A stretch of 64,000 nt of DNA from an uncultured archaeon (GTDB lineage: Archaea > EX4484-52 > LFW-46), in contig CABMCT010000025.1 in the NCBI GenBank assembly GCA_902384675.1, positions 2,791-66,790 on the forward strand, given 5' to 3'. The first letter of the stretch is position 1; each line of letters begins with the position of its first letter. Below are positions 9,424-19,465 of the stretch, one piece after another. The notes below the pieces were generated by a model. It was not told where the DNA came from. It saw only the letters and a program-made list of their open reading frames with translations, and ran no database searches. A program made the translations under genes and the position numbers.

Positions 9424-9853
9424 ATGACTTATGAAGGAATAGTTTTCGCGCTTATAACTGCAGTATCTTTCGGCTTTTGGACTGTTTTTCATCAGCAGGC
9501 ATCACCGCATATTAATCCGATTTTCGGCGCCATTGTTGTATCTCTTACTGCGGTTGTTCTCGGCTCGATAATCCTGCTTCCGCAGATAAAGGAAGTTACT
9601 CTTTTTACAAGCCAGAAGGGCGTAATATTCGTTATTTTGGCCTGGCTTGCTGCTTTTGCAATAGATTTCTTTGCCCTGAAAACATACGCCAGCGGGGTTC
9701 CGATTTCAGTCGGCGGGCCGATAATAATCGGCGGAAGCGTTGCTATAGCGTCTATTAGTTGGGCTCGTTGCTTTGGGAGAATCGGTTAGCCTGATGAAAA
9801 TCATAGGCATTGGCCTTGTTGTTGCAGGCGCTGGTATCTTGGCGTCTCTATAA
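9424..9853 (+). pseudogene. EamA/DMT-like small membrane transporter with an apparent +1 frameshift near 9752-9758
   Basis: Frame A ends as ...VAIASISWARCFGRIG* at 9789. The +1 frame continues as LVGLVALGESVSLMKIIGIGLVVAGAGILASL* (stop at 9851-9853), which is the canonical EamA C-terminal helix with its GE motif. The total length is 3n+1. Confidence 0.55.
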
Positions 9854-9859
9854 AATCTT

Positions 9860-10402
9860 TCAGCACAACAGCCTAAACCCTTCGCTCGTTTTCTCCAGGT
9901 AAACGTATATGAACGGGTTACTCGGGTTCTCGGAGCCTCCCGGAGGCGCAAGAGAGCTTATCACAACCAGGTTGCCGGGGGTAAGGTCAGGCATTGACTG
10001 GTTCACTTTGTCGTACTCATCCACAACAGTATATGTATATGTAATCATCTGGTTTCCGTCAGGCACATTTTCGACTTGGAGGACCTTTGCCTTGACAAAG
10101 TAGTCCCCGCTTTGGCTATAAGCCACCCCCCCGCAGCCGGAACTGCCGCCAGCTCCGCCTCCTCCACTGCCACCACCCCCGTTGCCTCCGGACATATTGT
10201 TGACAAGAAAGAATTTCTGCTTTTGCATAGTCGTGTCTTTTGTGCTGTTGATTATTTTTTTCTCCTCGAAAACCTGCTCCACATGCGAGTTATTGATGAA
10301 CTTTTCAGGGATTTGGTCTCTTAGCGCCCCGTTTTTATAAGAATAAGCCGTGATGATTAAGCCTGCAACCAGAAGTATAACGAGCAGGTACGCTTTTCTC
10401 AT
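9860..10402 (-). CDS. secreted or membrane-anchored protein with a Gly/Ser-rich linker
   Basis: N-terminal hydrophobic helix (AYLLVILLVAGLIITAY), the tract GGNGGGGSGGGGAGGSSGCGG, then a small beta-rich C-terminal domain. Confidence 0.5.
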   Translation of the reverse strand: MRKAYLLVILLVAGLIITAYSYKNGALRDQIPEKFINNSHVEQVFEEKKIINSTKDTTMQKQKFFLVNNMSGGNGGGGSGGGGAGGSSGCGGVAYSQSGDYFVKAKVLQVENVPDGNQMITYTYTVVDEYDKVNQSMPDLTPGNLVVISSLAPPGGSENPSNPFIYVYLEKTSEGFRLLC

Positions 10403-10556
10403 ATCCTCTACTTTGTATATCGCTCATATAAATATATTTAACCGCACATTTTTTAACGCTTACTACATCGGCGGTTAAATAGATAGTGAATTCAAGCATA
10501 AATAGATATTATTCCTTGAATTCAATATATATAATCCGCTAGCCAATAGACTGCTT

Positions 10557-11921
10557 ATGGGCAACATGCAGCAGGTTCTTGACGCGGCTCTGGAAAATAT
10601 AAAGCCGTCTCAGGAGGAAATAACAGAGTCAAACGAAATGTTCCGGAAGATACAGGCATTTATCCGCGACGAATTCTCGCTTGAGTCAGACCTCATGGGC
10701 TCGATGGCAAAAAATACTTTTCTTGCAGGAGACAAGGACCTTGATATTTTTGTTTTCTTTCCGCCGGAGACTAAGCGCGAAATTCTTGAAAAAAAAGGTC
10801 TCCGGATCGGCAAAGCTGTTTTCCAAAAATTCAGGAGCAAGGATTATGTGATAAGCTATGCAGAGCACCCTTACACAAAGGGCGTAATAAAAGGTTTTCG
10901 AGTTGAAATCGTTCCTGCATACAAGGTCCAGCGCGCGGAACTGCTGCAATCCGCAGTGGACAGGACGCCGTTCCATAAGGCATTTGTCATCGAGCGCCTG
11001 AAAAACCCCGATGACGTGCGGCTTCTTAAAAAATTCCTGAAGGCAAACGGCTGCTATGGCTCTGACCTGAAGACAGAAGGGTTCTCCGGGTATCTTTGCG
11101 AACTTCTTCTGATAAAGTACAGCACCTTTGAAGAAACTTTGAAGGCGAGCCAGTTATGGCATTACCAGGAAGTGCTTGATGTTAATAATCATTTCTCAAA
11201 GCACGAGTATTCCCGCCTGCGCAAGAAGTTCGAGAATCAGCCGCTCATATTCCTTGACCCGACAGATAAGAACCGCAATGTTGCGGCAGTTTTATCCCAT
11301 GAAAAGCTTGCAAAGTTTATTTTTGTGGCAAGAAGATTCCTGCAGAAGCCGCGAGATTCGTATTTCGCCAGACCTAATGAGGAAATCAACACAAAGCAGC
11401 TTGTAGCGCACCAGAAGGAAAAAGGAACCGCGCTTATTTTATTGACATTCAAAAAACCCGATGTGATAGACGATATTTTGTACCCGCAGCTTCGCAGGTT
11501 TTCCGGCGGCATAACAAAGCTTATGAAATCAGAAGGGTTTGTTATTCTTGATTCCTGGGAATTTGCAGATACAGAATGCGGGATTGCTGTCGAGCTTCTT
11601 TCAGAGCGCCTTCCAAAATACCTTGATGTGCGCGGGCCTTCTGTTTTCAACCCTCCGGAACACCAGGACAGGTTTGTCTCAAAATACAAAAAAATCTGGC
11701 TTGAAGGCACATACCTCACCGCAGAAACAGAGCGCGAGCATGTCGATGCAGACGGCTTTTTCAGGTCGCATTTGGCGAAAAGCGCAAAGAAGCTTCATGA
11801 TTCAGGAGTTCCGTCCACAATTGCGGAATCGCTCCAGAAAGGATTTAAAATTATTAATTTCCCTAAAGTTAGTAAGATAAAAAGCAAAGAATTTTGGAAA
11901 GGATTAGGAAAGGATAATTGA
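10557..11921 (+). CDS. cca: archaeal class I CCA-adding tRNA nucleotidyltransferase
   Basis: GSMAKNTFLAGDKDLDIFVFF (the catalytic DxD), YAEHPYTKG and SAVDRTPFH motifs, with the typical length of about 450 aa. Confidence 0.9.
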   Translation: MGNMQQVLDAALENIKPSQEEITESNEMFRKIQAFIRDEFSLESDLMGSMAKNTFLAGDKDLDIFVFFPPETKREILEKKGLRIGKAVFQKFRSKDYVISYAEHPYTKGVIKGFRVEIVPAYKVQRAELLQSAVDRTPFHKAFVIERLKNPDDVRLLKKFLKANGCYGSDLKTEGFSGYLCELLLIKYSTFEETLKASQLWHYQEVLDVNNHFSKHEYSRLRKKFENQPLIFLDPTDKNRNVAAVLSHEKLAKFIFVARRFLQKPRDSYFARPNEEINTKQLVAHQKEKGTALILLTFKKPDVIDDILYPQLRRFSGGITKLMKSEGFVILDSWEFADTECGIAVELLSERLPKYLDVRGPSVFNPPEHQDRFVSKYKKIWLEGTYLTAETEREHVDADGFFRSHLAKSAKKLHDSGVPSTIAESLQKGFKIINFPKVSKIKSKEFWKGLGKDN

Positions 11922-11925
11922 AGAG

Positions 11926-12348
11926 GTGAACATTATTCCTCAGGAATCATCAAGAGGCGCAGTAATTTTCAGAATGGAAGGAAGAGAGAGGCTCTATCTT
12001 CTCCTGCATTACGAGGCAGGGCACTGGGAATTTGTAAAAGGAAAGCGCGAAGCCGGAGAAGAGGAAAAAGACACTGTTGTACGCGAAGCGCGGGAGGAAA
12101 CCGGAATTGTTGACCTGAGATTCATCGACGGCTTTCGCGAGCGTATCGAATACTTCTACCGGCGCGAGGGACAGACAATACACAAAGAAGTCGTGTTCTT
12201 TTTGGCTGAAACAAAGACGCGCAACATCACATTATCTGATGAGCACATCGGTTTTGACTGGCTGGACTATGACGGCGCGATGAAGCGGCTGACGTTTGAG
12301 AATGCGAAGAATGTGTTGGGGAAGGCGGAGGAGTTTTTGAAAAATTGA
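11926..12348 (+). CDS. NUDIX hydrolase
   Basis: Nudix box GKREAGEEEKDTVVREAREETGI. GTG start. Confidence 0.85.
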   Translation: MNIIPQESSRGAVIFRMEGRERLYLLLHYEAGHWEFVKGKREAGEEEKDTVVREAREETGIVDLRFIDGFRERIEYFYRREGQTIHKEVVFFLAETKTRNITLSDEHIGFDWLDYDGAMKRLTFENAKNVLGKAEEFLKN

Positions 12349-12364
12349 AATTTGGGCAGTTTAT

Positions 12365-12976
12365 TCAATCTTCAATCAACTTTTTAATTTCACCAATAAG
12401 CGCTTTACGGTTTCCAATTTCTAAGACAGGATACTTGTATTTTCTTGCTTCTTTTAAAAGATATTCGTTAAAATCGACGACCCATTCGACTTCTTTTTCT
12501 TTAACGTAGTCCGGATATTTTTCTGCATCGTTCCACAAACCTCTGGTATATATTGTATTCCTAATCCGTTCAACATCATTATCAACAAGAAAAACAACCT
12601 TTAGCGATTTATTTTTTACAGATGATTCGTGTACTAAACGAGGCAAAATAGCTACTCCTTCAATAATAAATGACTTCCATACGTAATCTGTTTCAATAAG
12701 CGCTTTTACGCCTTTCCACACGTCTGTACTTTCATTATTTTGGGATTTTACAATCTCCTTGGCAGAATTTGTTGAGAGAAACTTAACTGCTATCTCAGGA
12801 GTATTTTCTGAAAGAGAAAATAAATGCGGATAGTCTTCCTTCCTAACGATTTTTCTCATCTGTTCCCTAATAATATCTGTGGAAATCCATGGTAGTTTTA
12901 ACGATTCAGCGATTTTCCTTGTAGTATAGCTCTTGCCAACTGTTGGAGCGCCGCCAATCAAAATAATTTTGTCCAT
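12365..12976 (-). CDS. P-loop kinase/ATPase (2-phosphoglycerate-kinase-like or AAA-family small kinase)
   Basis: Walker A motif IGGAPTVGKSYT at the N-terminus, with size and layout of a small nucleotide or metabolite kinase. Confidence 0.6.
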   Translation of the reverse strand: MDKIILIGGAPTVGKSYTTRKIAESLKLPWISTDIIREQMRKIVRKEDYPHLFSLSENTPEIAVKFLSTNSAKEIVKSQNNESTDVWKGVKALIETDYVWKSFIIEGVAILPRLVHESSVKNKSLKVVFLVDNDVERIRNTIYTRGLWNDAEKYPDYVKEKEVEWVVDFNEYLLKEARKYKYPVLEIGNRKALIGEIKKLIED

Positions 12977-13057
12977 GATTAAAGGTTATTTTATGAATTA
13001 TATATTCTTGAGTTAGTAATCGCTGATTCACCTTACGAATACAACATTAGCCAACCA

Positions 13058-13858
13058 TTAATCCTCAACTCTCGGCGCAAGGACGTATGATATCTGCAGA
13101 TTATCAACCGCGCGGAAAGTGACTTTGAGCGGATAATCGTTTCCGAGCTGGATTTTTGCGGTGTCCGCGATTTTCGCGCCTTTGACGATTTTCTTGAGGT
13201 ATTCCAGCGAGAATTTTGACGCCACAGAAGTCTTTGCCTCTATTCCTATCAGGTCAGGCGAGCCTTTTTCAAGGATAATTTCGACCTTGCTTAAATCCCC
13301 CTCTGCGCGCATTGTGAACTCGTTTGCATTGGCCCCAAGAATCACTGTGTCTGTCACAATCGATGCGTCTTCTATTCCGTCGATAAGAACATTTGTCTTG
13401 ACCTCGACTGTTGCCGTGAATTCAAGGCTCATCTCAGGAACTTCGCCCTTCTCGATGTCAAGAACAGGAATTGTGAATTTTCTGGTTGATGCGCCGTTTA
13501 TTGTCACAAGCAGCTTGTTTGCGCCTTTTGCAAAGTCAAGAGTCACTTTTTCCTCTGATTTTGCGCGCTTGAGTACTGCAAGCAGGTTCTCGATATTTAA
13601 GCCGATGTCCTCTGCTTCGTGCACAACATAGCTTTCAAAAGCGCTTGAGAGAAACTTATAATCCACAAGAGCGACCATTGTGGGGTCTGTTGCAGTGAGA
13701 TAGATGCCGTCGGCTTTTATCTTGAAAATAGCTTCGTTTACCAGTTCGTTTATCGCTGTCAGGGAGTCCCTGAAAAGGTATACATCCGATAGCACTGCCT
13801 TAAAAGCGGACTCTTTGGAGTCTTCGTGTTTTTTTTCGCTCTTTTTTTCATCGCTCAT
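13058..13858 (-). CDS. pcn: DNA polymerase sliding clamp PCNA
   Basis: FKAVLSDVYLFRDSLTAINELVNEAIFKIKADGIYLTATDPTMVALVD and a two-domain layout. The charged N-terminal extension MSDEKKSEKKHEDSKES is unusual. Confidence 0.9.
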   Translation of the reverse strand: MSDEKKSEKKHEDSKESAFKAVLSDVYLFRDSLTAINELVNEAIFKIKADGIYLTATDPTMVALVDYKFLSSAFESYVVHEAEDIGLNIENLLAVLKRAKSEEKVTLDFAKGANKLLVTINGASTRKFTIPVLDIEKGEVPEMSLEFTATVEVKTNVLIDGIEDASIVTDTVILGANANEFTMRAEGDLSKVEIILEKGSPDLIGIEAKTSVASKFSLEYLKKIVKGAKIADTAKIQLGNDYPLKVTFRAVDNLQISYVLAPRVED

Positions 13859-13908
13859 TTAATTCACCTTTTTCTTTGGCAATCATAAGATTTATTTTAG
13901 AACATACA

Positions 13909-14301
13909 TTAAAAGTTTCCACGGTTCCACAGCTTCTGTACTGTTTCATGGGTTTTCAGGTTTAATCCGGACATATCGTGCACAATTTCTGCCCTGATGT
14001 CAAAGGAGGCGGAATTCGGGGAAACGCGGCCGATTACACGCACGAGCTTATTTTCACTTATATTTTGTAGTAATTTTGAATCTATAAATACTTGAACAGT
14101 GCCCGCGCCGTCGTCAAGAATAAAGGAATTTTCCGCCCTGCTCACGACAGTGCCGATAAGGCGCACCTTTGTATCGCTTTCAGGGTCGATTTCGGAGATT
14201 TTGCGCTCAACTGCCGAGATATTCTGGAATTGCATACTCCTGATAGGTTCGGAAGGTTTAAATGTGTTGGTGTAGTGAGTTGCCGATAGTTTTTGAAACA
14301 A
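13909..14301 (-). CDS. OB-fold nucleic-acid-binding protein
   Basis: KVRLIGTVVSRAENSFILDDGAGTVQVFID is typical of tRNA_anti/RPA-type OB folds. The start may instead be the internal ATG at 14235. Confidence 0.5.
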   Translation of the reverse strand: MFQKLSATHYTNTFKPSEPIRSMQFQNISAVERKISEIDPESDTKVRLIGTVVSRAENSFILDDGAGTVQVFIDSKLLQNISENKLVRVIGRVSPNSASFDIRAEIVHDMSGLNLKTHETVQKLWNRGNF

Positions 14302-14322
14302 GACCCTCCACTATCGTATAAA

Positions 14323-15057
14323 TCATCTTATGCAAATCATTTTATCATGGATTTTGAATGAACCCGGAAATAAGTACTCTATAGATGTTGGCGATGACTC
14401 CATTTCATAGGTATCTTTTTTTTTCAAAATCCTATAGAACTGACTTGAATCCGTATCATTGCGCTTTTTGAACAACCCTGTTTCGTTCCAAAAGAAACCT
14501 TCTGGTTTTAGGATTCTTTTAATTTCATTTCCCAATTTCACATAACTTTGATCATACGGAAAGCAATTTTCGCCTCCTAACATATGCGTTATAACCATGT
14601 CAAATGAGTCATCATCTAATTCTGTGTTCTTTGCATCAATTTCCTGAAATTTAACATTAGGAACACTTCGCAGCAATTTGAGTGTGCCACGCTGAAAGTC
14701 TATTTTAAAATATTCCTTCGGACAAAAATATTCATAAAGTTCTTGCAGTTTTTCATCTATACTCGCTAAAGCAAAACCGCTGGGTCGTATATCATCAAGG
14801 TTCCAAACTCCTGAATTTGCAACGCATATAGCATCAGAATCAATATCACTTGCGATAAAATACGTATCTGGGTTATTAATACCTAAAAGAACTTCGTTAA
14901 TGCCGACAGAACAACCGAGAGAAATAACTTTTGAGATTTCGGAACCAAATTGTTTGAATACCTTGTTTATATACCAGTCGTGTTCAATATTACCTGAACC
15001 GCGATCTAGTATGTTGTATCGCCCTAAAAAGGTGTAGCCGTATTTTCTTACACTCAT
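14323..15057 (-). CDS. putative class I SAM-dependent methyltransferase
   Basis: VISLGCSVG (motif I-like) and a downstream acidic IASDID. Looks AT-rich by eye. Weak assignment. Confidence 0.45.
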   Translation of the reverse strand: MSVRKYGYTFLGRYNILDRGSGNIEHDWYINKVFKQFGSEISKVISLGCSVGINEVLLGINNPDTYFIASDIDSDAICVANSGVWNLDDIRPSGFALASIDEKLQELYEYFCPKEYFKIDFQRGTLKLLRSVPNVKFQEIDAKNTELDDDSFDMVITHMLGGENCFPYDQSYVKLGNEIKRILKPEGFFWNETGLFKKRNDTDSSQFYRILKKKDTYEMESSPTSIEYLFPGSFKIHDKMICIR

Positions 15058-15087
15058 GAATATTACTACTTAGTAATGTTTAAATGC

Positions 15088-16059
15088 TTATTTCACCTCA
15101 ACTTCCAAAAAATCTCTTGCCAAAATTGTGTTCTTGAATATCTTTCGCGCGGATTCCTCGAGGGTTTTCGGCGATATGCAGCCTTCGGATTCCTGGTACC
15201 TGCGGCTTATATGAGTCAGTACAAGCTGCTTTACGCATGCCTTTTTTGCTGCTTCTGCGGCATCGTTTGCTGTGGAGTGCCGGAAATCCCCTGCCCGCTC
15301 TGTGAATTCCTCGCCAAAAGTCGAATCTGCTATCAATAAGTCTGCGCCTTCCGAGAACTTGACAATGTTTTCGTTGTATTTCGTATCGCCGGTATACACT
15401 ACTTTCTTTCCGGGCTCGGTTCTAATAATGTCTTTTGGTGCCACTGTTTTTCCATTGATGGTCACGCTTTTTCCGGCTTTTAGCGCCCCGATTTTCGGTC
15501 CGGTTTTCAGGCCAAATTTTGCTGCTTCCTCCATGTCAGCGCGGATCCTGTCGTCTTCCCTGAATACATACCCCAGTGCCGGAACCCTGTGCTCAACCCT
15601 GAATGGAATAACCTTGAAGCCTGTGCCTTTTATTTCCTCGCCTTCATCAACGTCTTTTGCAACAACTTTAAAAGACCTTGCAAAATAGCCGACGCCAAGA
15701 AGCCGCTCCACGAACTCTTCTGTCCTTCGCGGGCCGTAAACATAAAGAGGCTCCGAGCGGTTTTCAAGAGACATTGTCTGCACAAGCCCCAGAAGCCCTG
15801 CAAAATGGTCCGCGTGCCAATGCGAGATAAATATGCGGTTTATCTTCATGAACTTTAGTTTTTCCGACATCAGCTGGCGCTGTGTTCCCTCTCCGCAGTC
15901 GAAAAGTATGCGCTCGTTTTCGTACATAAGAAAAATCGAGGGCAGGCTGCGCTCTCTTGTTGGCACCCCTGATGATGTGCCAAGGAATACGACTTTTATC
16001 ATACGCTTATTGTTTGAATTCTGCATATTAAATCTTTTCGATCTGATTTTTTCGCTCAT
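15088..16059 (-). CDS. rnz: ribonuclease Z (tRNA 3' endonuclease)
   Basis: FLGTSSGVPT and the ISHWHADH metallo-beta-lactamase motif. The true start is probably the internal ATG at 16002 (MIKVVFLGTSS). Confidence 0.9.
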   Translation of the reverse strand: MSEKIRSKRFNMQNSNNKRMIKVVFLGTSSGVPTRERSLPSIFLMYENERILFDCGEGTQRQLMSEKLKFMKINRIFISHWHADHFAGLLGLVQTMSLENRSEPLYVYGPRRTEEFVERLLGVGYFARSFKVVAKDVDEGEEIKGTGFKVIPFRVEHRVPALGYVFREDDRIRADMEEAAKFGLKTGPKIGALKAGKSVTINGKTVAPKDIIRTEPGKKVVYTGDTKYNENIVKFSEGADLLIADSTFGEEFTERAGDFRHSTANDAAEAAKKACVKQLVLTHISRRYQESEGCISPKTLEESARKIFKNTILARDFLEVEVK

Positions 16060-16128
16060 CGCCTTGGGAGTTTCAGAACGCTTTGCATCTTTATAAAGAT
16101 TAGTCGGAAATGAGTTGCGTGGGTTCTC

Positions 16129-16683
16129 ATGTCACGCGAACAAACAAGTTCCGCTGCAAAGGAAATCATGCCACTTCCAGATTCTCAAGCTGGAAGGCCT
16201 CGAGATTTATCGAAAGGACTTGCGTGGCAAGCGTTCATACGCAATAAGAATAGCGCATCGTATGAAATTATTGAAACGTTTGCATATCTTGCCCTTGGCG
16301 TTGTTCTGGCAGTGGCATCTTATGCTGCTTTAGGCGCTGTGCTGGGCACGAAAAACCCGATAGTCACAGTTGTTTCTTATTCAATGGTGCCGACTCTTAC
16401 GCGCGGGGACCTTCTGATACTTGAAGGCGTCCAGGTGAACCAGATTACCACAGGCAGGGAAAATGGCACAATAATTGTTTATTATCACGCTCCGACGCAA
16501 AGGCTGATAGTCCACCGTGTGTGGAAAATCAATCCGGACGGAACAGTCAGGACATGGGGGGACAACAACCCCGCTCCGGACCCCTGGTCAGTGCAGCCGG
16601 ACTGGATACGCGGGAAAATGGTTTTGCGTGTGCCTTATCTTGGGTACCCGCGGCTTTTGCTGAAAGACTACCTTGGATTTTAA
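16129..16683 (+). CDS. archaeal-type signal peptidase I (S26B/Sec11-like)
   Basis: TM helix followed by SYSMVPTLTRGDLL (catalytic Ser box), HRV and GDNN boxes. Confidence 0.8.
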   Translation: MSREQTSSAAKEIMPLPDSQAGRPRDLSKGLAWQAFIRNKNSASYEIIETFAYLALGVVLAVASYAALGAVLGTKNPIVTVVSYSMVPTLTRGDLLILEGVQVNQITTGRENGTIIVYYHAPTQRLIVHRVWKINPDGTVRTWGDNNPAPDPWSVQPDWIRGKMVLRVPYLGYPRLLLKDYLGF

Positions 16684-16719
16684 AGCCGGAAGAAAGCCCA
16701 TTTGAGCCGATAACAAATC

Positions 16720-16727
16720 TTTATAAA
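16720..16727 (+). promoter_or_regulatory. candidate TATA box (TTTATAAA) upstream of tfs
   Basis: AAATCTTTATAAATC at 16715-16729 lies about 25 nt upstream of the ATG at 16752. The same core recurs upstream of other genes (25864-25880, 43193-43209). Confidence 0.45.
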
Positions 16728-16751
16728 TCTTAACAACATAGAGTGGTGCAT

Positions 16752-17099
16752 ATGAAGCTATGCGATAAATGCGGTATACTGATGATGCCGCAAAGGGACG
16801 GAGCAAAGACATTATTCGTCTGCAAGAAATGCGGGAAGACTGCAAAACCCGCGAATATCTCGCCCAAGGCAAAATCCGCAAGCGTGATACACGAGAAAAT
16901 GTCGCACGACCTAATAGACGTTATCCCGGTTGTCGGCGAGAAGTCAAACAAGATTCTTCCAATCACAAAAATCGAGTGCCCGGAATGCAAGCACAACGAG
17001 GCCGTCTGGTGGACGCAGCAGACACGCTCATCCGATGAGCCGGAAACCCGGTTCTATCGATGCACTTCATGCCAGAAAACATGGAGAGAGTATAGTTAA
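16752..17099 (+). CDS. tfs: transcription factor S / RNAP subunit M-like
   Basis: N-terminal zinc ribbon CDKCG..CKKCG and C-terminal CPECKHNEAVWWTQQTRSSDEPETRFYRCTSCQKTW, including the acidic DE hairpin. Confidence 0.85.
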   Translation: MKLCDKCGILMMPQRDGAKTLFVCKKCGKTAKPANISPKAKSASVIHEKMSHDLIDVIPVVGEKSNKILPITKIECPECKHNEAVWWTQQTRSSDEPETRFYRCTSCQKTWREYS

Positions 17100-17638
17100 G
17101 ATTGTTCGGGCACTTGCATAGCGCTTTGGGCTTTATTGCTAACGTCGTTCCATATAGAGAAAAAACTCTTTTCAATTTCCTCGGAAGGGGGAGGTTCTAT
17201 TTTCTCTTTAATAATTGAATAGTCGCCTTCATACAAGCATCCCAGAAGTTCGGGCAGGCATCTCTCATTCAATTCTTTTACTTTATCAAACATTACCCTG
17301 CTGTCGAAGTTAATCGTTAAAATATAGTCGTCACTTAAACGCATAGTCAATTTATTTTTCTTGGGAGTGCTTCTTATGAAGCGCAGGGAGCTCTCTGTTC
17401 TATCTTTGAGGATTTTCGGGGCGTAAGCAGAGGTAATTTCGCGCTCTTTAGGACTCGTTCTAGCATTAGCTCCTGCATAAAGGCCATTGGCAGTTGACAC
17501 TACGATAGACGGCTGCAGACATATGTCAAGAGTGTATAGCAACTCATTTCCAAAACAAGCCCTGATATCCTCCGCATATTTATTGAGCATGCCTGCCAGC
17601 TTCTGGTCTTTTGTAATTATCTTCTCCATAAATGTCAC
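17096..17638 (-). CDS. hypothetical protein
   Basis: 180-aa ORF. No motif recognised. Confidence 0.4.
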   Translation of the reverse strand: MTFMEKIITKDQKLAGMLNKYAEDIRACFGNELLYTLDICLQPSIVVSTANGLYAGANARTSPKEREITSAYAPKILKDRTESSLRFIRSTPKKNKLTMRLSDDYILTINFDSRVMFDKVKELNERCLPELLGCLYEGDYSIIKEKIEPPPSEEIEKSFFSIWNDVSNKAQSAMQVPEQS

Positions 17639-17719
17639 TACTACTATTAGATAGTTAAAGTATATAAAGCTATAGGGTGCGGCTTTAGGTATCTTTTCAA
17701 AGAATTAGAATAATTATAT

Positions 17720-18619
17720 TTACAAAATCCTGACCAGATTAACCCCGCTTTTCTCTAGGTTCTCAAGCTCTTTCCAGGTATTGTCCACATGCTCCTGCAT
17801 TTTTGCAATCTGCTCGTCTTTCAGGTGCTTGAATCTTCCCTGCGGCGTAAGATATTCCTTGACGGTCTTTGTCTTTTGCGTAAAAGTTCTCTTGAAATTT
17901 CCGTTCTCGATTTCATAAAGAACCCACATGCCGCTCTGCACTGCTGCTTTTGCTATTTGTATTGTCTGCGAAGAATCAGAGCGCCAGCCGATTGGGCATG
18001 GTGCAAGAATATGCATGTATTTTACGCCCTTAATTGATAGGGCTTTTTTTATTTTGTTCTGCAAGTCCGCAGCAAACGCAGGAGATGCTGTTGCAACGTA
18101 TTTGCACCCGTGCGCTGCGGCAATCATGGGCAGGTTCTTCTTCCATTCCGGCTTTCCGATAGAATCCTCTCCTGCAGGAGAAGTTGTAGTGGAGGCGCCA
18201 AACGGTGTAGCACCAGAGCGCTGCACCCCTGTATTTGCATAAGCCTCGTTGTCATAGGTAATTATAAGGATATCCTCGTTTCTCTCAAGCGCGCCGGAAA
18301 CAGCGGCAAAGCCGATATCAACCATTCCGCCATCCCCGCCAAGCGCAATGACCTGTGTATGGTCGTTTCCCTGTGTCCTTAAAGCAGCCTTTACTCCTGA
18401 TGCCACGGATGCGGCATTCTCAAAAGTAACATGAATCCACGGGACTTTCCACGAGCTTTCGGGATACGGCGTTGTGGTCACTTCCATGCATCCTGTTGCT
18501 TCGCAGACAATGATATCTGGCCCTGCAGCGCGCAGCACTTCGCGTATTGTAATCGCAGGCCCGCAGCCCGCGCATGTCCTGTGTCCCGGTGCTAGTAAGT
18601 CGGTGGATGGCATTTTCAA
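17720..18619 (-). CDS. porB: pyruvate/2-oxoacid:ferredoxin oxidoreductase beta subunit
   Basis: CAGCG near the N-terminus and the TPP-binding GGDGGMVDIGF and NEAYANTG motifs. Confidence 0.9.
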   Translation of the reverse strand: MKMPSTDLLAPGHRTCAGCGPAITIREVLRAAGPDIIVCEATGCMEVTTTPYPESSWKVPWIHVTFENAASVASGVKAALRTQGNDHTQVIALGGDGGMVDIGFAAVSGALERNEDILIITYDNEAYANTGVQRSGATPFGASTTTSPAGEDSIGKPEWKKNLPMIAAAHGCKYVATASPAFAADLQNKIKKALSIKGVKYMHILAPCPIGWRSDSSQTIQIAKAAVQSGMWVLYEIENGNFKRTFTQKTKTVKEYLTPQGRFKHLKDEQIAKMQEHVDNTWKELENLEKSGVNLVRIL

Positions 18620-18760
18620 ACATCTCCATTTTCATTGGTTTGAAAAGCCTTGAGCGAAGCGCTCAATGGCTAATCAGGCGGAGCGAAAGGATTTTTAGCC
18701 ATTCGCCAATTGCATTGGGCTAAAACCGCATTATTAATTGTTTTGAAATATTTTAAACGC

Positions 18761-19153
18761 TTATTTTCCCAAATAAGCAATGCATGAAATCTCAACCAGC
18801 GCACCCATCGGCAAACCCGCGACCTGGACTGTTTCGCGCGCAGGCTTCGGGTCGGATGAAAATCGCGCCGCATAAATTACGTTCATTTCCGCGAAATCGC
18901 GCATGTCCTTAAGATATACGGTTGTTTTAACAACCCTGCTAAAATCAATATTGTGCGCGGCTAAAACAGCTTTCAGATTGTCCAAAACCCGCGTAGTCTG
19001 CTCTTTTATCCCGCCTTCGACAAGCTTTTCTGTCGCAGGGTTTATCGCAATCTGCCCTGATGCAAACAGATAATTTCCTGCAACAATTGCCTGCGAATAC
19101 GGCCCGATTGCTTTCGGGGCTTTGTCTGTTTCGATTTTTTTCAAAGCACTCAT
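18761..19153 (-). CDS. ridA: RidA/YjgF-family reactive-intermediate deaminase
   Basis: APKAIGPYSQAIVAGNYLFASGQI and VKTTVYLKDM..F..N.VY are canonical RidA segments. Confidence 0.9.
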   Translation of the reverse strand: MSALKKIETDKAPKAIGPYSQAIVAGNYLFASGQIAINPATEKLVEGGIKEQTTRVLDNLKAVLAAHNIDFSRVVKTTVYLKDMRDFAEMNVIYAARFSSDPKPARETVQVAGLPMGALVEISCIAYLGK

Positions 19154-19465
19154 CTAAACAGCTCTTATTAAATTGCACTTTTCATCCACTTCAACAAAAT
19201 GATGCGCTGTGCCGTTCCTGAAAGCGCTGCATTGGTTCTCGGGCAAATCATCAACCGCTTGGCGCGGATTGTGCGCAATGTCGCAGACCCAGCCAGGCGC
19301 GATTTCACCTGAGAGGCAGGGGCCGCTTGATAAATTTTGGCCCTCATTCGATTTTTGTCCGCAGAGGTTTTCACAACTGCCAATGGCATTGTCCTTTGGG
19401 TTTACACATCCTGCCGCGAAAATTACACTGACCAAAGCAATCGCGATAAATACTTTTTTACTCAT
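19154..19465 (-). CDS. small Cys-rich predicted lipoprotein
   Basis: Signal peptide with a lipobox-like FAAGC, then 7 further Cys residues. The ATG at 19465 overlaps the porA stop as ATGA. It ends one nucleotide before the ridA start. Confidence 0.5.
   Translation of the reverse strand: MSKKVFIAIALVSVIFAAGCVNPKDNAIGSCENLCGQKSNEGQNLSSGPCLSGEIAPGWVCDIAHNPRQAVDDLPENQCSAFRNGTAHHFVEVDEKCNLIRAV

Noticed and set aside
10120-10200. A GC-rich GGN-repeat tract that could be mistaken for a tandem repeat or array.
   Set aside because: It is in frame within the 9860-10402 CDS and encodes a Gly/Ser linker. It has no spacer structure.
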